This document shows positions 26,789 to 35,171 of a DNA stretch of 52,850 nucleotides, one piece after another. The notes beneath the pieces were generated by a model. That model did no database searches and had not been told where the DNA came from. It saw nothing but the letters and a program-made list of their open reading frames with translations. Position numbers and translations under genes: made by a program. This DNA is from Dehalococcoidia bacterium. GTDB lineage: Bacteria; Chloroflexota; Dehalococcoidia; Lucifugimonadales; Lucifugimonadaceae. Each line of letters starts with the position of its first letter. The stretch's first letter is position 1. The stretch is taken from the NCBI GenBank assembly GCA_028281895.1, contig JANQIZ010000040.1:1-52850 (forward strand). Reading direction: 5' to 3'.

Positions 26789-28429
26789 CTAATGGCGGCT
26801 GGACCGGGAAAGCACGGCCTTCCAGAGAGCAGGGAAGAGCACTCCCGGAAGATCCTCCGATTCTCCTTCAGTGCTGACTCGAACGACTGCATCTGCCTCA
26901 GCGTCTGAAACCGGCTGCCATCCGGCGATCTGCCGCTGATAGACCTCTGGACGTCCTTCGGATTCGCTCTGCCCGCTGGCGTATCTGCGCTTGAGCCGGT
27001 CGATCGCGCTCTTCTCGGGCATCGAGCACTCGATCACAAGAGTCATCACGCCCGCCTGGCGTCCGATATCGAGTGACTGCGCTCGGAAATCTGCACGAGT
27101 GTGTGTGCCGTCGAGGATCACTGACCGCCCTTCGACGAGCGCCTGAGCGCCTCTGCTCTGCATCTCCTCGTATGTGCGGAGCGACATCTCCTTCGTGTAG
27201 ATGCCGCCGGAAAGTCCTGAGCCGCTGCGTTCGGTAGGACCGATCCCTGCAAGCTCGCGTCGTATGGCATCGGACTGCAGGTGCACTGCGTTCCAGTTGT
27301 CTGCGACGATCCGCGCTGCCGTGCTCTTGCCTGTTCCGGTGACGCCTGACGTGATGGCGAGAAACTGCGGACAGTCTCGCTGTGCCTGCTGGCATGCAAG
27401 TTCGAGATAGGCATCGGCGGCGCGGACATGCGCCGTGCGCCCATCTCCCGATTCCTGGCCAGCCATGATCGACTCCGCCATGCATCGGACCATCGCCCGG
27501 TACGACTCGTAGAACGGCATCAGGTTGCCGATGCCGTTGTCTCCGCTGGCTGTCACATATTCCTTGACGAGGTTCTCAGCGAGCGTTTCGTGGCCAAGGC
27601 GCTTGAGGTCCATCGACAGGAACGCTAGATCAGCAGCAGGGTCGATGTTGACGAAGCTCGGATTGAACTCGATGCAATCGATCACCTGGATCGTGGACAG
27701 CGCGGAACTGGACTGCTCCCCGGGTCGCTCCCCAGTTCGTTCGAGGAAGATGTTTCCGGCATGCAGGTCGCCGTGGCACATGCGAGGCTTGTCCGCCGCG
27801 CGACGCTTGCTGATCAGGCCACCGCGGACTGCCAGGAACGCTTCGGCATATGCGGCGATATTGGCGAGTGAGATGCGATTAAGTTCCGGCTGCGCGTGCT
27901 CGAACACACGGTCGAGATTCCCGAGCACAATTCCGGCCACGGCCTCGACTGTGCCGAACTTCTCTCCGGCGGCTGTCGCTTCGCTGTGGGATCTTGCAAG
28001 GAGCTGGGCGATCTGCCTGATCTCGGGATCACCGGCACGGCCCTGAGTGATGAGCACATCCAGTTGATCATCGGTGCTGAGCCGCCGCATCTTTAGTGCA
28101 GTTTCGACCTTAGAGCCTGAACCACCGATAGCGAACTCGCCGGTGCGAACGTCGTGTGTGACTGGCTCGATGGACAGGTAAACGCCACTGGAAAGCCGCT
28201 GGTTTAGCTCCAGCTCGAGTGAAGTGAACCGTTCTCTCAGGTCTGCTGTTGAAAAATCGCAAAAACCGAAGTTGACCGGTTTCTTCACCTTGTACGCGAA
28301 CTCTCCGGCCAAAAACACATCCGAGATGTGGGTCGAGATGTGAAGCACATCTCCTGAGACGTCATGCGGATACGCAGATGGCCGCAGCAGTGAATTCACA
28401 AGTTGCTTGCGATCTGTCTCCGCGGTCAT
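26789..28429 (-). CDS. fusion of an APH/choline-kinase-like phosphotransferase with a P-loop (AAA_33/zeta-like) kinase domain
   Basis: Catalytic loop CHGDLHAGNIF and IDCIEF (DFG-equivalent) in the N-terminal ~330 aa. Walker A GVTGTGKST in the C-terminal ~190 aa. ATG start 4 nt after the upstream gene stop. Confidence 0.8.
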   Translation of the reverse strand: MTAETDRKQLVNSLLRPSAYPHDVSGDVLHISTHISDVFLAGEFAYKVKKPVNFGFCDFSTADLRERFTSLELELNQRLSSGVYLSIEPVTHDVRTGEFAIGGSGSKVETALKMRRLSTDDQLDVLITQGRAGDPEIRQIAQLLARSHSEATAAGEKFGTVEAVAGIVLGNLDRVFEHAQPELNRISLANIAAYAEAFLAVRGGLISKRRAADKPRMCHGDLHAGNIFLERTGERPGEQSSSALSTIQVIDCIEFNPSFVNIDPAADLAFLSMDLKRLGHETLAENLVKEYVTASGDNGIGNLMPFYESYRAMVRCMAESIMAGQESGDGRTAHVRAADAYLELACQQAQRDCPQFLAITSGVTGTGKSTAARIVADNWNAVHLQSDAIRRELAGIGPTERSGSGLSGGIYTKEMSLRTYEEMQSRGAQALVEGRSVILDGTHTRADFRAQSLDIGRQAGVMTLVIECSMPEKSAIDRLKRRYASGQSESEGRPEVYQRQIAGWQPVSDAEADAVVRVSTEGESEDLPGVLFPALWKAVLSRSSRH

Positions 28430-28433
28430 GCGA

Positions 28434-29147
28434 TCACGGTACCACCGTGTCTCCCTGGATCACGCCGTCGCTGATGACATCGCCGATCTCCTCGGTGTGG
28501 GCATGATCGTTGATAGAGGCGATAGACCAGCCGGACTTGCCGAAGCGGAGCCGGGAGATGGACGTGTTGTGAATCTCCGTACGTCGTATGAAGGCGCTGT
28601 CCCAGTTCGTGATGTAGTGCAGCAGCGCCTTCATCGTGATTCCGTGAGAGACGATGGCGATGGTGTGAGTTCCGGGACGGTCATGCCACTCCGGGTTGAA
28701 GATCACCTCGTCTTCCAGCCAGTTCCCGGCACGCCGCTCGACAGCGCGCTCCGATTCGCCATCAGCCGGCTGAAACCACTTGCCCTTCTCTGCGGAGATG
28801 AACCTCAGCTCGGTCGTCCACACATCGTCAGCCATCTTCCCGCGCCAGGCGGGGATCTGTCGTTCGATGATCTGAGGCACGCGGTCAAAATGCGCCCCAT
28901 CGAGCCCCATGCCCTTGAGCATCCCTTCTGTTGTCTGCACAGCCCTCACAAGCGTTGACGAGTAGATGCGGTCGAATGTGATCCCCTGTCTGCTGAGCCG
29001 CTCGCCCAGTGCGACCGCCTGCCTGTGGCCGCGCTCGGTCATCGGCGCATCGAAGTTGGCGCCTGCCGCGATGCCTGGCTGGGTGTTGTTCTCGGACTCA
29101 CCGTGGCGAATGAAGAAGAGATCGAAGGTGACGTTTTCGTGGATCAT
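28434..29147 (-). CDS. histidine phosphatase family protein (phosphoglycerate mutase-like)
   Basis: FFIRHGESENN (RHG motif), LTERG-like MTERGHRQA, SSTLVRAVQT and VSHGITMKAL. Confidence 0.85.
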   Translation of the reverse strand: MIHENVTFDLFFIRHGESENNTQPGIAAGANFDAPMTERGHRQAVALGERLSRQGITFDRIYSSTLVRAVQTTEGMLKGMGLDGAHFDRVPQIIERQIPAWRGKMADDVWTTELRFISAEKGKWFQPADGESERAVERRAGNWLEDEVIFNPEWHDRPGTHTIAIVSHGITMKALLHYITNWDSAFIRRTEIHNTSISRLRFGKSGWSIASINDHAHTEEIGDVISDGVIQGDTVVP

Positions 29148-29238
29148 GTGTCGAAGTTTGCCGTGTGATTGGTGTTGATGGATTCAGGGACGAGCATATC
29201 CCGGCACTGTTAGCGTCATCCAGTTTGCTAGATAAGAC

Positions 29239-29928
29239 TCATCGGCCAGCAGCCAGAGGGATCACCTCTTCAAGGCTGCGGATCGACGGTCCGCTCCATT
29301 CCTTCACATCGACCCGAAGCACCTCGGTTTCGGGATCGTGGTCGTCCAGCAGCACCGCGTCGATGCCCACTTCGCTTGCTCCCTGGAGCTCATTCGAGCC
29401 TCCATCGCCAACGAACAGGCTCTCGGACGCCGATGCTCCGAGGCTGTTCAGCGCGTGCTCGTACATGCGGCGATCCGGCTTGCGCACACCCATCTGGCAC
29501 GAGAACACAGTCTGCTCAAGAACGGCAGCCAGATCGGTCCGCTCCCAGACGGCAGGAACATCGAACACGCAGTCTGAAACCAGCGCGAGGCTGTGCCCTG
29601 AGTCCTTTAGACGTTGCAGAACATCGATGGCGCTTGGCTTGGGCGTGATCCATCCGTGGACAGCGCTCCGGCGAACCTCTGTGCAGATCGCCATCTGCTC
29701 ATCGGTTGGCGTCACTCCAAGCTGGTCTGCGACGTGCTTGACCTCTGCCTCTGACGACCCGAAGCGGCCATCAAGCCGCCCGTCGTTGACCGCCATCCAC
29801 GGATCGAAGAACTCCTCTGGATCGATTTCCAGCGTCTCGGCGACGGCATCGACCATTTGCCGGTATTCACTGAATGGCGGCGATGGCACAAGTGTCCCAA
29901 ACAGGTCGAACAGCACGGCCTTCTTCAA
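29239..29928 (-). CDS. HAD-superfamily hydrolase (subfamily IA-like)
   Basis: N-terminal KKAVLFDLFGTLV (motif I, without the second Asp), a SDC (motif II-like) segment and FVGDGGSNELQGA (motif IV). The TTG start overlaps the upstream TGA stop as TTGA. Confidence 0.75.
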   Translation of the reverse strand: MKKAVLFDLFGTLVPSPPFSEYRQMVDAVAETLEIDPEEFFDPWMAVNDGRLDGRFGSSEAEVKHVADQLGVTPTDEQMAICTEVRRSAVHGWITPKPSAIDVLQRLKDSGHSLALVSDCVFDVPAVWERTDLAAVLEQTVFSCQMGVRKPDRRMYEHALNSLGASASESLFVGDGGSNELQGASEVGIDAVLLDDHDPETEVLRVDVKEWSGPSIRSLEEVIPLAAGR

Positions 29929-30878
29929 GTCGCCGCCTCTTCACGAGTTTCCTGGGACTGGTTCGCTGCAACCGCCTCGTCGATGCGTTCTTGCGCCGTC
30001 GCCAGGTATTCAGATGAGATCTCGTAGCCGACATATCTGCGGTTGTTGACGGCAGCTGCGATGGCCGTTGCGCCCGAGCCCATAAACGGATCAAGAACGA
30101 CTTCGCCTTCGAACGTGTAGAGCTGGATCAGGCGTCGAGGCAGTTCTACCGGGAACGGCGCCGGGTGCTTTGCGCGCTTCGCCGACTGCGGAGGGAATGT
30201 CCACACACTCTTCGTGAAGTCGAGGAACTCCTGCCGCTCGATCGTCGACTCTCTGCCTTCCGGCCTTTTGCGTCCAAACGGCGGCTTCTGGAAAACGAGG
30301 ATGTACTCGTGCGTGTCCCGGAGAGTCGGGTTAGATGCCGACATCCAGCTTCCCCACGCTGTCGACGTTCCCGCCCCTGCGCCCTTGTCCCAGATGATCT
30401 CACCCCGCATGTAGAAGCCAGCCTGTTCAGCGAGGCGGATGATGATTGCATGCAGCGGGATGTATGGCTTGCGGCCGAGGTTCGCCACATTCACACAGGC
30501 GCGGCCCCCGTCGATGAGTACGCGGTACGTCTCTTGCAGGACGCTCAGCAGCAGATCTTCGTACTCGGCAAGCGAAAGGTCTTCGTCGTACTCCTTGCCC
30601 ACGTTGTAGGGCGGCGAAGTGACCATCAGGTGAACCGACCGATCTGGCAGTTCGCTCATGTTCTCGCTCGTGTGGCCGTGGATCTGATCGAGAGAGGAGT
30701 CCGGCGCATCCTGCTCAGGCCGCGGCTTCACGTCGAGATCAGCATCGTCAGAGTTCAGCGCGCGGGCATAGTACTCAGACGAATCGTGGCTGATGCGGCT
30801 GCCCGCGCCGAACGCGCTCGTTCGAGTAGGACGGCGGTCGCGGTTCGTTGTGGCCTTGCCGTTGCGTGAAGATGGCAT
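29925..30878 (-). CDS. beta-class N4/N6 DNA methyltransferase (SPPY catalytic motif), apparently orphan
   Basis: Motif IV MVTSPPYNVGKEY precedes the AdoMet motif I VLDPFMGSGATAIAA, which is the beta-class order. HPAPFPVELPRRLI block present. I prefer the ATG at 30878, because the longer track start would overlap the upstream gene. Confidence 0.85.
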   Translation of the reverse strand: MPSSRNGKATTNRDRRPTRTSAFGAGSRISHDSSEYYARALNSDDADLDVKPRPEQDAPDSSLDQIHGHTSENMSELPDRSVHLMVTSPPYNVGKEYDEDLSLAEYEDLLLSVLQETYRVLIDGGRACVNVANLGRKPYIPLHAIIIRLAEQAGFYMRGEIIWDKGAGAGTSTAWGSWMSASNPTLRDTHEYILVFQKPPFGRKRPEGRESTIERQEFLDFTKSVWTFPPQSAKRAKHPAPFPVELPRRLIQLYTFEGEVVLDPFMGSGATAIAAAVNNRRYVGYEISSEYLATAQERIDEAVAANQSQETREEAAT

Positions 30879-30951
30879 TCGGATGCTGCAGGTGGGGTGG
30901 CAAAACGATGGTCGCAGCGATGCTAACAGCAAGTAGATTCGCTGTCGCGCC

Positions 30952-33042
30952 TCAGGCCCTGTCTTCGGCCTCACTCGTCGCCTGATCCAGCAGAGTGATC
31001 AGGTCTACAGCGTTCTTCTCGTCGGCAACGCCCTTCGCAGACAGGCCCTCGTCGACCATCTGGATGCAGAAGGGGCAGCTCACAGCGACCGTCTCAGCGC
31101 CTGTCTCAAGGAACTGTTCTGTGCGGATGTGGCTCACGCGCTTGCCAGTGTCTTCCATCCACATGCGTCCTCCGCCCGCGCCGCAGCAGAAGGTCTTCTC
31201 CTTGATGCGAGACATCTCCTTCACCTCGAGGCCGGGAATCTGGCTCATGATGAACCGCGGCTCCTCAGTCATGCCGTTGTGGCGGGCGATGTAGCAGGAG
31301 TCGTGGTAGCTGACAGAGCCGACAGCACCTTCACCGGGCTTCAGCTTGCCGTCTCGCAGCAGCTTGCCAACGAACGCGGTGTAGTGCTCGACATCGTACG
31401 AGTCACCAAGCTGCGGATACTCGTTCTTGATGGTGTTGAAGCAGTGCGGGCATGTCGTGACGATCTTCTTCACGTTGTAGCGGCTGAACGTGTCGCGGTT
31501 CTGTTCTGCCTGGAGCTGCCACAGGTACTCGTTGCCCATCCTGCGGGCAGGATCGCCGGTGCAGGTCTCTTCATCGCCCAGCACTGCGAAGTCGACGCCC
31601 GCCCGCTTCAACACTCTTGCCATGGCACGCGTCGTATCGACGCCTCGCTGGACGAGCGCTCCTGTGCAGCCGACCCAGAACAGGATCTCGGCGTCCGGCT
31701 TCTCGGCGAGAGTCGGTATATCGAGACCTTCCATCCAGCTTGTCCTGGTGAGCGCTGTGCCGGACCACGGATGCCCGCGTTGCTCGATGCTCTGCAGAGC
31801 GGTCAGGGCCGTTTCCGGGCCGGAGCCTTCTTCGAGCACCGAGAAGCGGCGCATGTCGATGATCGTGTCGATGTGGTTGATAGAGACGGGGCACGCTTCG
31901 ACGCACGATCCACAACTTGTGCACGCCCAGAGGGCTTCGTCCCCCGCTGCATCGTGAACCATCGACCGCGCCGGTTCAGGAGGCGTCTCACCTTCAGGCG
32001 TCAGGTAGATCTGGGGAGCCCGCTCCTCCGCGTAACTACGCAGATCTTGAATCAGCTTGCGCGGCGATAAGGGAGTTTCTGCAGCGTATGCCGGGCACTG
32101 CGTCTGGCACCTGCCGCAGTTCGTGCAGGCATCGAAGCTGAGGACCTGCTGCCATGTGAGGTCTGGCAGATCGCTGGCACCGAACTTTTCTAGCGTTTCG
32201 ATGTCGCCCATCGGCTTCAGAGCGCCGCTCGAGCGAAGCGTGCGGAAGTAGCTGTTGAGCGGGCTGATGACGATGTGGCTGAACTTGGAGAACTCGAGCG
32301 CCGCGTAGATGAATCCGGCGGTGAAGATCGCCGCGTGCGACCACCATGCGACGCGGTGCATGTCTTCCATGACCGCGGTGGTCATGCCGATGCCTGAAAG
32401 CGTTTTGGCGAAGAGCCAGCCGATTGGCGACCACGCTGCGGCCGATGTGTCGTACAGAGCGCTCGCTGGGTTTAGCTCGGTTGCGCCGATTCGCAAACCT
32501 TCGATCAGGAACCCGGTGAATATCAGAGCGAACAGGAAAGCGAGGACGATTCCGTCGTCAGCAAAGGTATTAAGGCGCTCAGGCTTGACGACGTATCTGC
32601 GCCATGTGGCCATTCCTAGGCCGATAGTGGCGAGCAGCCCGCCGAAGATGTCCCACACCAGCGATGTCTGGAGGCGAATGTGCGCTGTGGGGAAGGTCCA
32701 GTCGAGGTACTCCTCGGTGTTGAACTCGATCGCCGCGATGATGGTGGCGATGAGGAGAATTGAGAAGCCCCAGAAGATGAAGAGGTGCATGTACCCGGCG
32801 TACGCTTCCCTGTTCGTGAACTTCCGGTGCCGAAGCAGATCGACCCATGCGTAGACGAGGAACTCTCGCATGCGGGTCTGGTGATCGCCGAGTTCTGTGT
32901 ATGGCCCTGCGGTTCGCCAGATCCTGACTCTTCGATACAGGCCGTAGACGATTGCGATGAGGGCGATTGGGGCGACGAAGTAGACGATCGCGCCAAGAGC
33001 GGGATAGCCGATGTTCCAGAAGTCGGTGCGTCCGTCTAGCAA
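30952..33042 (-). CDS. membrane-bound Fe-S oxidoreductase: NarI/DsrM-like heme-b membrane domain fused to an HdrD/DsrK-like 4Fe-4S + CCG domain
   Basis: About six N-terminal TM helices with conserved His residues. CTNCGRCQTQCP and CTSCGSCVEACP ferredoxin motifs. CCG-type Cys clusters (WVGCTG, TTCPHC, FCCGAGGG). TTG start. Confidence 0.8.
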   Translation of the reverse strand: MLDGRTDFWNIGYPALGAIVYFVAPIALIAIVYGLYRRVRIWRTAGPYTELGDHQTRMREFLVYAWVDLLRHRKFTNREAYAGYMHLFIFWGFSILLIATIIAAIEFNTEEYLDWTFPTAHIRLQTSLVWDIFGGLLATIGLGMATWRRYVVKPERLNTFADDGIVLAFLFALIFTGFLIEGLRIGATELNPASALYDTSAAAWSPIGWLFAKTLSGIGMTTAVMEDMHRVAWWSHAAIFTAGFIYAALEFSKFSHIVISPLNSYFRTLRSSGALKPMGDIETLEKFGASDLPDLTWQQVLSFDACTNCGRCQTQCPAYAAETPLSPRKLIQDLRSYAEERAPQIYLTPEGETPPEPARSMVHDAAGDEALWACTSCGSCVEACPVSINHIDTIIDMRRFSVLEEGSGPETALTALQSIEQRGHPWSGTALTRTSWMEGLDIPTLAEKPDAEILFWVGCTGALVQRGVDTTRAMARVLKRAGVDFAVLGDEETCTGDPARRMGNEYLWQLQAEQNRDTFSRYNVKKIVTTCPHCFNTIKNEYPQLGDSYDVEHYTAFVGKLLRDGKLKPGEGAVGSVSYHDSCYIARHNGMTEEPRFIMSQIPGLEVKEMSRIKEKTFCCGAGGGRMWMEDTGKRVSHIRTEQFLETGAETVAVSCPFCIQMVDEGLSAKGVADEKNAVDLITLLDQATSEAEDRA

Positions 33043-33145
33043 TTCTTGAGGGACTCCTGACGATCACGGGCGATTCTTCGGCATGCGAACTCGCTGCCGG
33101 ATTGGCCGCCAAGTTTAGTGGATTGCAGGCCGGTGACTGGTGTGG

Positions 33146-34141
33146 CTACATGTTCGCCAGGAGCACAACGGCCGCGGTGCCGAGCCAGAGCAGGATGTTG
33201 ATACGGAGCGGACGATCGGCCAGCAGAACCTCTTCAGGCGCGTCTCCATCCTCATTCACGTGCATCAGGTAGAGATACCTGAACAGGCCGTATCCCACGA
33301 ACGGGATGGTCAGCATCATCGTGTTGTTCTCCGGCACGTTCGACGATTCAGTGATGCCTGATGAGAAGGTGTAGAGGGTGTACGCCATAAGCGTTGACGC
33401 CGCTACGATCACGATCAGTTGATCCAGCAGCTTCTCGGTGTAGGCCCGCAGGATCGAGCGCTGGCTCTCTGCCGTCTGCCCGGCTTTGACGAGTTCCGAG
33501 CGCCTCTTGACGAGTGCGATGAACAGCGCTCCAAGTGCTGTGACTACGTACAGCCATGGCGAGATGTTTAGTGGCAGGCTGGCCGGTTCAAGGCCGCTGA
33601 TTCCGAAGTCGCTCCCGTTAATGGCCAGCGTTCCGGCGACGGCTCTGAGCACAAAGCCTGCGGATATCGACATGACGTCCAAGATCACTTCGTGCTTGAG
33701 CACCATGGTGTAGGCGATGTTGAGCACTAGATATCCGGCAGTGACGGCCAGTAGCGGCAGACTGATCAGAGCGCTGGCGGCAAGGCCCAGGGCGGTCAGG
33801 ATGACAGCCGCTGTCCAGGCGATTTGCGGAGATATCAACCCCGCGGCGATCGGACGATATCGCTTTTGGGGATGAGCGCGATCCTGCTCAATATCCCTCA
33901 GGTCATTGAACAGATAGACGGCGGCGGAGACCGCAGAAAACGCCCCGAACGTGATCAGAGCCTTGGCAATGATGATGAAGTCATGGTTGAGATCTTCGTT
34001 ATCCCACCAGATGTTGACCGTGAAGAAGAGCGGGACGAGAACGAGTCCGTTCTTGACCCACTGCTTGGGGCGGCTGGAACGGATAAGGTTTCTCACCGTA
34101 TCGGTGGAGAGAAGTGATGTTGATTGAGAGTCACCCACCAT
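33146..34141 (-). CDS. UbiA-family prenyl-phosphate phosphoribosyltransferase (decaprenyl-phosphate phosphoribosyltransferase-like)
   Basis: NDLRDIEQDRAHPQKRYRPIAAG closely follows the motif of Rv3806c-type enzymes. About eight TM helices. Confidence 0.8.
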   Translation of the reverse strand: MVGDSQSTSLLSTDTVRNLIRSSRPKQWVKNGLVLVPLFFTVNIWWDNEDLNHDFIIIAKALITFGAFSAVSAAVYLFNDLRDIEQDRAHPQKRYRPIAAGLISPQIAWTAAVILTALGLAASALISLPLLAVTAGYLVLNIAYTMVLKHEVILDVMSISAGFVLRAVAGTLAINGSDFGISGLEPASLPLNISPWLYVVTALGALFIALVKRRSELVKAGQTAESQRSILRAYTEKLLDQLIVIVAASTLMAYTLYTFSSGITESSNVPENNTMMLTIPFVGYGLFRYLYLMHVNEDGDAPEEVLLADRPLRINILLWLGTAAVVLLANM

Positions 34142-34199
34142 TAGGCGATCTTATTGAGCACCGATAGGGCAGGTCAACGAACAGTGACGCAGTTGAGCG

Positions 34200-34976
34200 A
34201 TGAGTGCTGACTCCAGTCGAACGAGGTTGGATGCCTTGCTGGTTCAACTTGGCCACTGCGAGGACGTCGATGCTGCGGCGAGGCTGATCATGGCCGGCAA
34301 GGTGAAGCTGGGCGGAAGATATGCGGCCGCAGTGCTGACGCCGGGGATGATGGTTGGCAGCGACGCGGAGCTGCGTGTCGACCAGCCGCCCAGGTTCGTG
34401 TCTCGTGGCGGCCTGAAGCTGGAGCGCGGTCTTGATGCGTTCCAGATAGATGTCTCCGGGCTCGTCGCTCTCGATATCGGATCGTCGACCGGTGGGTTCA
34501 CCGACTGCCTGTTGCAGCGCGGCGCGAAGCGGGTATACGCCGTCGACTCAGGTCGAGGACAGCTTCATTCACGACTACAGGCCGACGAGCGAGTGGCCAG
34601 CATGGAGCGACCCAACGCCCGCAAGCCGTCCAATATCCCTCAACAGGTCGGCATCGTCGTCGCGGATGTGTCGTTTATCTCGCTGCTGGCTGTGCTGCCA
34701 GAGAGCCTGGAGCACCTGAAGCAGGGTGGCGAGTGCGTGGCAATGCTCAAGCCGCAGTTCGAGGCCCGGCGGGACGAAGTGCCCAGGGGCGGGGTGATAG
34801 CGGACGATGCAGTAGTCGAGAGAGTGGTGGAGCGATTCGGCCGGGATGCTCGCGAACGCGGCCTGCAGGTTTCGGGAATTGTTGAATCACCCATCACCGG
34901 AGATCGGGGAAATCGAGAGTTCCTCGTGAGGCTATCCAGAGTTGGCGCGGAGTCGTCAGAACGAGACGAAGATTGA
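34200..34976 (+). CDS. tlyA: TlyA-family rRNA (cytidine-2'-O)-methyltransferase
   Basis: N-terminal S4-like RLDALLVQLG..., and FtsJ-type AdoMet site LDIGSSTGGFTDCLLQRGAKRVYAVD. Confidence 0.9.
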   Translation: MSADSSRTRLDALLVQLGHCEDVDAAARLIMAGKVKLGGRYAAAVLTPGMMVGSDAELRVDQPPRFVSRGGLKLERGLDAFQIDVSGLVALDIGSSTGGFTDCLLQRGAKRVYAVDSGRGQLHSRLQADERVASMERPNARKPSNIPQQVGIVVADVSFISLLAVLPESLEHLKQGGECVAMLKPQFEARRDEVPRGGVIADDAVVERVVERFGRDARERGLQVSGIVESPITGDRGNREFLVRLSRVGAESSERDED

Positions 34977-35051
34977 GTGGCTTGGAGTCTTGACTGGAAG
35001 AATGGGGGAATTGCCCTGTTCGAACGAACCACTGACACCGTGTGAATCGCG

Positions 35052-35080
35052 TTGACCTGATCGTGCCTTGAGCCTAGAAT
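35052..35080 (+). promoter_or_regulatory. sigma70-type promoter candidate upstream of purF
   Basis: TTGACC (35052-35057), a 17-nt spacer, then TAGAAT (35075-35080). Confidence 0.45.
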
Positions 35081-35171
35081 TCGAGTTAAGCGGAAGTTAA
35101 CCATGGTCGGCAAGGCATAGTCGGCCCTGCGACAAGACTCACCAGCGCCAAACACCGGGACATTCTTTCAG

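Noticed and set aside
29925-30974. The methyltransferase as part of a classical restriction-modification system.
   Set aside because: No endonuclease-like, specificity-subunit or helicase ORF is adjacent on either side. The neighbours are an Fe-S oxidoreductase and a HAD hydrolase.
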